Source: Kiritimatiellia bacterium (lineage in GTDB: Bacteria; Verrucomicrobiota; Kiritimatiellia; RFP12; JBMNHG01). Taken from it: a stretch of 64,000 bases of DNA. Made by a program: the position numbers and the translations under genes. This document shows, one piece after another, positions 33,372 to 40,694 of this stretch. The notes below the pieces were generated by a model. That model saw only the letters and a list, made by a program, of their open reading frames with translations, ran no database searches and was not told the DNA's origin. The number at the start of each line of letters is the position of its first letter. The stretch's first letter is position 1. The stretch spans positions 678,337 to 742,336 of the forward strand of contig JBMNHG010000003.1 in assembly GCA_050950285.1 (NCBI GenBank). The letters are read 5' to 3'.

Positions 33372-33905
33372 TCAGAAAGAGGGGGGCGGCATGCCGTCCA
33401 GCCGGGAAATCTCCTGGAGGAAGGCATCGCCTTTCACGGGGTCGCAGGCGGCCCAGCGCGTCACGATCCGGAGACGGACGGCGTAGGCGAGCAGGGCCTC
33501 GAAGGTCATGGGCTGCGGGCCTTGGAGCCGGTCCAGCGCCTCCAGGCGGGCGCGGTCGATCGCGCGTTCGCGGAGAAGCGGATCGGGCTCGTCGAAGGCG
33601 GCCTCGACAGCCCGCATCGCGGTGAGTTCAAAGCCTTCGACGGGGCGCAGGAAGGGGGCGGCGTCGACACCGCGGCGCGCCGCGCGCTTGCGGGCGACGG
33701 TGTTCCGGATTTGAGCGTCCACATCGCGCCAGGCCTTCACGAAGGACGAGTCGCACGGCGCGCCGTCCAGCAACGCATCCACCACGGCGGCCTGCGAGGC
33801 GGGAAGCGCCTGTGCGCACGCTTCGCGGAAGGCCTCCACCGAAAGCGGCGGCGGGGCGTCCATCGACAGCGAGGGAAGGCTCGCGATGAGGAAGGGGAGG
33901 CTCAT
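33372..33905 (-). CDS. DUF2764 family protein (V-ATPase subunit C-like)
   Basis: FLIASLPSL, DPLLRE, FEALLAYAVRL; located between subunits E and A. Confidence 0.8.
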   Translation of the reverse strand: MSLPFLIASLPSLSMDAPPPLSVEAFREACAQALPASQAAVVDALLDGAPCDSSFVKAWRDVDAQIRNTVARKRAARRGVDAAPFLRPVEGFELTAMRAVEAAFDEPDPLLRERAIDRARLEALDRLQGPQPMTFEALLAYAVRLRIVTRWAACDPVKGDAFLQEISRLDGMPPPSF

Positions 33906-34537
33906 GACAGGGTGCCGTCCGCGTCCTGCTGCTTCGCCTCGCCTTGAAGAAGTTGCGCGATTTGCGGGCGCAATCCCGCACAGAGGGCTTCCGTCACGGC
34001 GGCGCCGGTGAAGTCGTGTTCGACGCGCCCGCCGTCCAGGCGCAGGCGGAAGCCGGTGAAGGGGCCGCCGTCGCCGGAGACCTTCACGCCTTCCGCGGCG
34101 GCGGCGGCGAGTTGCGCGCGAAGGGCCTCGGCGAGGGCCGGAGCCTTCGCCGAGACCAGCAGGTCTACGGCCTTTTCGCCGCCGGAGAGGTAGGCGCGCA
34201 CGGCTTCGAGGGCGAGCGGCGCCACCTTCCCCGCATCGGCGAGGGCTTCGTCCACCTCCTTCGCCAGCACGCGCTCGAAGAGGGCGGCGAGGGCGTGCTC
34301 CACGCGGAGGAGGAGATCCCGCGCGGACTGCTTCACGGCCTGCTCGGCGCGCTGCTGGAAGGCGGCGGCATCGCGTTCCGCGGCGTCCCTGCGCGCGGCG
34401 GCGTCCTGCTCGGCCTGCTTCGCGATGGCGTCGGCCTTCCGGCGGGCGTCCTGCAAAAGCGCGTCGGCCTTCGCGGATGCCTCGTCCACGCCTTCCTTTT
34501 GTATACGTTCCAAAAGTTTCTGAAGATCATCGTTCAT
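33902..34537 (-). CDS. V-type ATPase subunit E
   Basis: LQKLLERIQKEGVD, coiled coil, DFTGAA...LRPQI. Confidence 0.9.
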   Translation of the reverse strand: MNDDLQKLLERIQKEGVDEASAKADALLQDARRKADAIAKQAEQDAAARRDAAERDAAAFQQRAEQAVKQSARDLLLRVEHALAALFERVLAKEVDEALADAGKVAPLALEAVRAYLSGGEKAVDLLVSAKAPALAEALRAQLAAAAAEGVKVSGDGGPFTGFRLRLDGGRVEHDFTGAAVTEALCAGLRPQIAQLLQGEAKQQDADGTLS

Positions 34538-34920
34538 GATTGGTCCCTGACTCCGTCCCGGTACACGGAACCGGCAATTTTGACCAACCATTCTCTTCGT
34601 ATTGGCGCGTTTTTGCAAGGCAAAACGGCCAAAAAATCGGCTCTTCCGGTTGGCGGCAGGGGCAGGTGCGCCAGGGGAGCCGGGAGGGGCGGGCGTCTGC
34701 TCGCCCGCGCCCGCAGAGGAAAAATCCACACGGCAATTGCAATCCCGGTTTTTAAAAGGAGAACACTCCCATACAATTTACGACCTTTGCTGCGTCGCCG
34801 CGTGTCCCGGCTTTTCTTTCCATGGCAATGTCATGATTCGCGAACAAGACCTCACGCCCGAACAGCGTCGGCGCTCTCGGCGCAACATGAACGCCCTCAA
34901 TGCCGCCAACGGCCTTTCCT

Positions 34921-35196
34921 GCTAATCGGCCACGATTCATGCTGCAAAACAGGGGCACGGGTTTTCCAACCCGTGACACGGACAGGAATGTCCGTGCCCC
35001 TTTCCCAACTCCAAATTCCAGCTCCCCATGCCTGAATCTCCGTGCGCAGCGCTATTTGTGGCCGGGTTAGTAGGGGCACGGGTTTTCCAACCCGTGACAC
35101 GGACAGGAATGTCCGTGCCCCTTTCCCAACTCCAAATTCCAGCTCCCCATGCCTGAATCTCCGTGCGCAGCGCTATTTGTGGCCGGGTTAGCAGGA
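34921..35196. mobile_element. Non-coding MITE/REPIN-like insertion with imperfect terminal inverted repeats
   Basis: Left TTCCTGCTAATCGGCCAC (34916-34933) versus reverse complement of right end TTCCTGCTAACCCGGCCAC (35179-35197); no transposase gene. Confidence 0.6.
34951..35191. repeat. Two identical 120-bp tandem units (period 121), each starting with an inverted REP-like doublet
   Basis: 34951-35070 equals 35072-35191. AGGGGCACGG...CCGTGCCCCT encloses hairpins CACGGGTT-TTCC-AACCCGTG and CACGGACA-GGAA-TGTCCGTG; GTAG at 35070-35073 leads into unit 2. Confidence 0.95.
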
Positions 35197-35371
35197 ACAT
35201 GTGCGTGGGCGAGACGCCCATGATTTTGCTGGCGGTGAAGCTGGGGTTTTCGGATGTCGTGACCGCCGTTCCCGGGGGCATGCCCTTCTTTGCCTGTCTG
35301 CTGCGCATGGTGCCGCTTCCGATGGAGAAGCGGCGGATGAAGCGCGGCGGGTGGCCTGCGCCGTGATCTGA

Positions 35372-35406
35372 GTCGCCAGTCGCTGGTCGCCAGTCGCTGG
35401 TCGCTG
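35372..35406. repeat. Heptamer tandem repeat GTCGC(CA/TG) x5
   Basis: GTCGCCA GTCGCTG GTCGCCA GTCGCTG GTCGCTG between convergent genes. Confidence 0.85.
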
Positions 35407-35427
35407 GGGCGCGCCTTTGCGCGCCCG

Positions 35428-35733
35428 CTAGCGGACGACGCCCCGGACTTCGTTCACGGGGACGGTGAACAGGACGCCGCGGCCGTTTTCCTCGACGCGG
35501 GCCGCGTCGACCATCGCCTCGACCACCGCCGCCTTCTTTTCGCCGGCGACGAGGATGATGATGATCTCCTTGGAGGATTCGACCTTCAGGCTGTGGAAGA
35601 ACGAAAAGGTCGTTTCGCCCGTGCCGCGGCCGTAGAAGATGGTGGCGCCGCCCGCTCCGGCATCGACGGCCTTGTGGACGACGTCCTGGGCTTTTCCGCG
35701 TTCGACGATGCAGAAGATGGCTTCGAGTTCCAT
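35428..35733 (-). CDS. P-II-like protein
   Basis: IVERGK, AGAGGATIFYGRGTG, KEIIIIL, GVLFTVPV; downstream of a DUF1538 gene. Confidence 0.88.
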   Translation of the reverse strand: MELEAIFCIVERGKAQDVVHKAVDAGAGGATIFYGRGTGETTFSFFHSLKVESSKEIIIILVAGEKKAAVVEAMVDAARVEENGRGVLFTVPVNEVRGVVR

Positions 35734-35750
35734 GGTACAGGAATCCTTTT

Positions 35751-36479
35751 CTAGATTTTGAGGATGCTGGCGAGCATGACGGACGTCGCCGCGCCGAGCG
35801 AGGTGAGGCCGACGAGGCCGAAGCCCACCCGCATGGGGTCGACGCCGGCGATGTTGGCGGCAAGGCCCAGCGCGATGGCCGAGTTGATGGGGATGTTGAC
35901 CGGCCCCGTCAGGGCGGAGGCGCAATCCCACGCCAGTCCCACGATCAGATCCTTCGTGAAAAAGCACAGCACGAGCAGGATGACGAGCATGGGGATGATG
36001 AAATAGGCGGACTTGAGGTTGTAGAGCACCTTGGCGATGCCCAGGGCCATGCCGAGCGCGCAGCCGACGGCGGTCGCGTAGATCAGCACGTTGCTCTTGA
36101 GCGCGCCGACGGTGATTTCCTCCGCCTGCTTGGCGATGGTTTGCAGGGCGGGCTCCACCAGCGTCGCCGCGAACCCGATGGCGAAGCAGACCAGGATGAT
36201 GAGCCCGCGGGAGGGCAGCCTCACGAGAGCCCCGCCGACGTCCGTGGCCATCGGGATCAGGCACATGTCCACGCCCTTCAGGAAAATGAAGAGGCCCACG
36301 AGCACGAAGGCGAGCCCTGCGAAGAATTGATGGGTCGATTCGAACGACGACTTCTGGATGAATTCCCGAAACGAGCCGATCGGCCACTTGAGCAGGATTT
36401 GGAGCGCGGCGAGGGCGATCAAGAGCGGCCCCGTGCTTTTGAGCACTTCCAAAAAGTCCTTGGCTAGAATTTTGAGCAT
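35751..36479 (-). CDS. DUF1538 family membrane protein
   Basis: GLFIFLKG, GFAATLVEPAL, LAWDCASALTGPVNIP, GFGLVGL. Confidence 0.88.
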   Translation of the reverse strand: MLKILAKDFLEVLKSTGPLLIALAALQILLKWPIGSFREFIQKSSFESTHQFFAGLAFVLVGLFIFLKGVDMCLIPMATDVGGALVRLPSRGLIILVCFAIGFAATLVEPALQTIAKQAEEITVGALKSNVLIYATAVGCALGMALGIAKVLYNLKSAYFIIPMLVILLVLCFFTKDLIVGLAWDCASALTGPVNIPINSAIALGLAANIAGVDPMRVGFGLVGLTSLGAATSVMLASILKI

Positions 36480-36616
36480 GTGGTTGACGTCCTTTTGACT
36501 TTCAAATGGAAAATAATGGTCCAGTTTACCAGAATCCCGGCGATTCATGCAAAGTCGTTTTTTGGGGGCCTGTTTTTTTGGGGGGCACGATGTGCCCGAA
36601 GGCCGCTCTTGTGCCC

Positions 36617-37252
36617 TCATCCCGGGAAGCGCGTGTCCAGCTCGTCGAGCAGTGCGCGGGCCATGATTTCGTATCCTTCCGCGCGGAAGTGGACACCGTC
36701 CACGAGGAGGTCCGTGTGGGGGAGCATGACGGCGTGCAGGTCGAATACCGGAACGCCGACGCGGCCCGCCGCTGCGGTGGCAAGGGCATTGCGGGCGATC
36801 ACGCGCTTCTGGCGCTCCGGGTCGGCGACCGGCGTCGTGAGCACGGCAATCACCGGGCTCCCTCCCGCAACGATCCGCCGAAGGAACTTTTCGTAGAGCG
36901 CGCCGTATTCCTCTTCGGTATCCCGGAGGTGGAATCCGTGGAGGCCGTTGTTGAAGAGGACCGCCGTGTAGTCCCCGCCGCGCTGGGCGCGGACGGAATC
37001 GAGGAGCGCGGGGAATGCGGGGTTGTCGAGCGCCTTGGAGGTTCCAAGGCCATCCATCGCCCAGGTTTCGCCTGAAAGCTTCCGGAGCAGATTCCGGAAG
37101 CCGCAGGAAATCGAGTCGCCAATCACGAGCAGGCGTCCGCGCCCGCCGCCGTATGGGGCGTGATCCCACCAGACATTGTCCCACTCCCAGGTTTCCAGTC
37201 TCGACGCCATGCCGGCATGCTCGTATGAAAAGGTGTCCATGGCATCCTTCAT
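36617..37252 (-). CDS. SGNH/GDSL hydrolase
   Basis: VIGDSIS, FNNGLHG, DGVHF. Start could also be 37240. Confidence 0.88.
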   Translation of the reverse strand: MKDAMDTFSYEHAGMASRLETWEWDNVWWDHAPYGGGRGRLLVIGDSISCGFRNLLRKLSGETWAMDGLGTSKALDNPAFPALLDSVRAQRGGDYTAVLFNNGLHGFHLRDTEEEYGALYEKFLRRIVAGGSPVIAVLTTPVADPERQKRVIARNALATAAAGRVGVPVFDLHAVMLPHTDLLVDGVHFRAEGYEIMARALLDELDTRFPG

Positions 37253-37304
37253 GGTATTCTGGCGCGCGCGAGGGGAGGGGGCCTTCCCCTCTTCGGGCGC
37301 GGGG

Positions 37305-37880
37305 CTAGCGAGAGGCTTTGCCGGCGATTTGCCGGCCGCATTGGAAGGCGTTGGCGACGACTTCGCCCAGTCGGAGGTAGGCGTGGTTGACGGGGTCGAA
37401 GGTGATGGGGTCGAGTTTGGAGAGGTCCACCTTGCCTTCGGCGTCGAGGCAGCGTTCGTCAATGGCCACGTTCGCGATTTTGCCCACCATCCGGCAATCT
37501 TCCTTGTCGTAGGAGAGGAGTTCGCATTCCAGCACCATGGGGAGTTCCGCAATCACGGGAGCGTCCACGAAGGCGCTCTTTTGGGCCGTGAAGCCGCTTG
37601 CCGCGAATTTCTCCGGGTTGTCGTTGCCCGAGACGATCCCGACATAGTCGCACGCCACGACATTCGCGGCGTCCGCCACATGCACGGTGAATGCCTTGCG
37701 GCGAAGGACGTTGGCGGTGGTTTTGTGCGCGTCGTCCACGCAGATGGAGATTCGATCCTCGAGTGAAATCCCGCCCCATGCGGCATTCATGGCATTGGGT
37801 CTGCCTTCTTCGTCGTACGAGCCGATGATCAGGACGGGCATGGGGTACAACCACGATTTGACGCCCAGGTTCTTTTTCAT
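37305..37880 (-). CDS. Flavin reductase family protein (flavoredoxin-like)
   Basis: GGAGG RBS; LYPMPVLII, NAMNAAWGG, DYVGIVSG, VDAPVI, LECE. Confidence 0.92.
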   Translation of the reverse strand: MKKNLGVKSWLYPMPVLIIGSYDEEGRPNAMNAAWGGISLEDRISICVDDAHKTTANVLRRKAFTVHVADAANVVACDYVGIVSGNDNPEKFAASGFTAQKSAFVDAPVIAELPMVLECELLSYDKEDCRMVGKIANVAIDERCLDAEGKVDLSKLDPITFDPVNHAYLRLGEVVANAFQCGRQIAGKASR

Positions 37881-37959
37881 GTGTTCCTCCTTATGGATAT
37901 CCTGGAGCATACACGAAACGCCCGTGCTCCGCAAGGATTCGATTTTCCGGTTCTTCGGG

Positions 37960-38748
37960 CTAGAGGAGGTGTTGTCCGGAATCCACGAAGAGGGTTTGGC
38001 CGGTGATGGAGGGGCTGGTCGCGAGCGTGACGACGGCCCGGGCGATGGCTTCGGGGGTGGGGCGTGTGGGGAGGAGCGTTTGTCCGGCGGGTTCGCGTGC
38101 GCCGTGTTCCGGTGGCGGGGGGAGGACGGGGCCGGGCGCCACGGCGTTCACGGTGGCGAGCGGCGCGAGTTCCACGGCGGCGGCCCGGGTAAAAGCCTCG
38201 AGGGCGGCTTTGGCCATCACGTAGGGGATGCATCCGCCGGAGGGGCGTGCGAGGCGCTGGTCGAGAAGGTTCACGATCGCGGCGTGCCGTTTGAAAAGCG
38301 GCGCGCCGTTTTTTTCCGTCCCGGCGGCGAGGGCTTGGGCGAAGCGGCGCGCGAGGAGGGCGGGTGCCAGCGCGTTCACGCGCCATTGCGATTCGAAGTC
38401 GGCGGCGGAGGCGTCCGCGAGGGGGGTGCGGGCGAAGATGGCGGCGTTGTTCACGAGGGCGTCGATCCGTCCGGCGGCGGTCCATGCCGCGTCGAAGACG
38501 GCGTCGCAGGCGGCGGGGTCGGAGAGGTCGCCTTCGACCGCCCAGGCGCGCGGCGGGGTGCGGGCCGTGCGGTTCGCGGCGTGCGGTTCGCGGCGGGCGA
38601 TTTCCCTGCACAAGGCGTCCGCCTCCTTCCGGTGGTTCCGGCAGTGGACGACCACCGAGAAGCCGGCGTCGGCGAAGGCGAGGGAGATCGCGCGTCCGAT
38701 GCGGACGGCGCCGCCCGTGACCAGCGCGATGTTCCGTTCTTCGGCCAT
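37960..38748 (-). CDS. SDR oxidoreductase, pteridine reductase/FolM-like
   Basis: LVTGGAVRIGRAI, LVNNAAIF, IVNLLDQR, YVMAK, VNAVAPG, ITGQTLFVDSGQHL. Confidence 0.88.
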   Translation of the reverse strand: MAEERNIALVTGGAVRIGRAISLAFADAGFSVVVHCRNHRKEADALCREIARREPHAANRTARTPPRAWAVEGDLSDPAACDAVFDAAWTAAGRIDALVNNAAIFARTPLADASAADFESQWRVNALAPALLARRFAQALAAGTEKNGAPLFKRHAAIVNLLDQRLARPSGGCIPYVMAKAALEAFTRAAAVELAPLATVNAVAPGPVLPPPPEHGAREPAGQTLLPTRPTPEAIARAVVTLATSPSITGQTLFVDSGQHLL

Positions 38749-38752
38749 GGGG

Positions 38753-40693
38753 TCAGGCGTTGTCGCGGGCCACGGCGGCGAGGAGGCCGCCGGCGAGGAC
38801 CAGGCGCATCTGGCGCGGGGAAAGGTCGGCGAGGACGTCGAACGAGGCGCGTTTCGTGGCATTCTCGACGGCGATGCGCGTGGCGCCCTTCTCGAGGGCG
38901 GCACGGAGGCCCCGGATGCGCAGCCGGTCGCCGGCGTCGATGCGGTCGTAGTCCCCGGGGTCGGCGAAGCGGAGGGGCACGATGCCGAAGTTGACGAGGT
39001 TGGCGTTGTGGATGCGCTCGATGGACTTCGCGACCACGGCGCGTACGCCGAGGTACATGGGGCAGAGGGCGGCGTGTTCGCGGCTGGAGCCCTGGCCGTA
39101 GGATTCGCCGGCGACGATCACGTTCGCGAGGCCGTCCTCCCGGTTGGCGAGGCAGCGGTCGTGGAAGGAGGGGTCGATGGGCTCGAAGACGTAGCGGGCA
39201 TATTCGGGCACGTTCGAGCGGTACTTGAGGCGCGCGCCGGCGGGCATGATGTGGTCGGTGGTGACCTTGTCGCCCACCTTGATGGCGACGACGCCGGAGA
39301 GGCTGGCGGGGAGGGGGGTGCCGGGGGGGACGGGCGCGATGTTCGGGCCGCGCACGATGGGGGTGCCCTTCACGCCCTTGCCGGCGGTCTTTCGGTAGAG
39401 GAACATGGAGTCGTCGACGGGGAAGGCCTTGGGGGCGGGGACGGCGGCCACGGGGTGGGTCCGCGGGTCGGCGATTTTCCCGGCGATGGCGCTGGCGGCG
39501 GCGGTTTCGGGGGAGACGAGGTACACCCGGGCGGATTTCGTGCCGGAGCGGCCTTCGAAGTTCCGGTTGCTCGTGCGGAGGGAGACGGCGCCGGTGCGCG
39601 GGCTCATGTGGGCGCCGATGCAGAAGCCGCAGGCGTTTTCGAGGATGCGGCATCCGGCCCGGACGAGGATGGCGAGCGAACCGTCGGTGGCGAGCATGTC
39701 CACCACCTGGCGCGAGCCGCAGGCGATGCCGACTTCCACGTCGTCCGCGACGTGCCTGTCCTTGAGGTAGAGGGCCACGGTGCGGATGTCGCGGTAGGAG
39801 GAGTTGGTGCACGAGCCGATGAGGATCTGGTTCACCTTGCGGCCTTCCTCCGAGCGGACGGTGACGATGTTGCCGGGCGAGTGGGGGGCGGCCATGAGGG
39901 GCTCGATGGCGGCGAGGTCGATTTCGAAGAGGTCGTCGTAGGTCGCGCCCTTGTCCGCGGCCAGCTCCACCCAGTCGGCCTCGCGGCCCTGTGCGGCGAG
40001 GAACTGGCGCGTGACGGCGTCGGAGGGGAAGATGGAGGTGGTCACGCCCAGTTCCGCGCCCATGTTCGCGATGGTGGCGCGGGAGGGGACGTCGAGGGTT
40101 TTCACGCCGGGGCCGAAGTATTCGAAGATCCAGCCGACGTTGCCTTGGGTGCCGAACGTGCGGAGCACGGCGAGGATGACGTCCTTGGCGCTGCATCCGC
40201 GCGGCAGTTTCCCGGAGAGCCGGATGCCCCGCACCTTGGGCGAGGGGAGGTGGAAGGCGCCGCCGGCCATGGCCACGGCGATGTCGATGCCGCCCGCGCC
40301 GATGGCGAGCATGCCGATGCCGCCGCCGGTGGGGGTGTGGGAGTCGGAGCCGAGGAGCGTCTTTCCGGGCCTGCCGAATCGTTCGAGGTGGAGCTGGTGG
40401 CAGATGCCGTTCCCGGCCTTCGAGTAGACGATGCCGTATTTTTTCGCGATGGAGGCGAGGAAGTCGTGGTCGTCGGCGTTCTCGAAGCCGATCTGGACGG
40501 TGTTGTGGTCCACGTACGAGACGGCGAGCTCGTTTTTCACGCGCGGCACGCCCATGGATTCGAACTGCAGGTAGGCCATGGTGCCGGTGGCGTCCTGCGT
40601 GAGCGTCTGGTCGATGCGGATGGAGATTTCGGAGTCGCGGGAGGGGTCTCCTTCCACGGTGTGGGAGGAGAGAATCTTCTGGACGATGTTCAT
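38753..40693 (-). CDS. Aconitate hydratase (~650-aa type)
   Basis: TQDATGT, GNGICHQ, DSHT, IGSCTN, ACGFCIG, TSNRNFEGR, TTDHI, YGQGSSREHAA. Confidence 0.95.
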   Translation of the reverse strand: MNIVQKILSSHTVEGDPSRDSEISIRIDQTLTQDATGTMAYLQFESMGVPRVKNELAVSYVDHNTVQIGFENADDHDFLASIAKKYGIVYSKAGNGICHQLHLERFGRPGKTLLGSDSHTPTGGGIGMLAIGAGGIDIAVAMAGGAFHLPSPKVRGIRLSGKLPRGCSAKDVILAVLRTFGTQGNVGWIFEYFGPGVKTLDVPSRATIANMGAELGVTTSIFPSDAVTRQFLAAQGREADWVELAADKGATYDDLFEIDLAAIEPLMAAPHSPGNIVTVRSEEGRKVNQILIGSCTNSSYRDIRTVALYLKDRHVADDVEVGIACGSRQVVDMLATDGSLAILVRAGCRILENACGFCIGAHMSPRTGAVSLRTSNRNFEGRSGTKSARVYLVSPETAAASAIAGKIADPRTHPVAAVPAPKAFPVDDSMFLYRKTAGKGVKGTPIVRGPNIAPVPPGTPLPASLSGVVAIKVGDKVTTDHIMPAGARLKYRSNVPEYARYVFEPIDPSFHDRCLANREDGLANVIVAGESYGQGSSREHAALCPMYLGVRAVVAKSIERIHNANLVNFGIVPLRFADPGDYDRIDAGDRLRIRGLRAALEKGATRIAVENATKRASFDVLADLSPRQMRLVLAGGLLAAVARDNA

Positions 40694-40694
40694 G

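Larger units (their letters stand above)
34833..35366 (+). pseudogene. Interrupted, truncated membrane-protein (probable MFS transporter) remnant
   Basis: MIREQDLTPEQRRRSRRNMNALNAANGLS (from 34833) and MCVGETPMILLAVKLGFSDVVTAVPGGMPFFACLL (from 35199) are in the same frame; removing 34921-35196 gives GGC CTT TCC TAC ATG (GLSYM). The joined product is only ~85 aa. Confidence 0.6.

Noticed and set aside
34951..35191. Possible CRISPR array
   Set aside because: The units are fully identical 120-mers with no unique spacers, and no cas genes are present.
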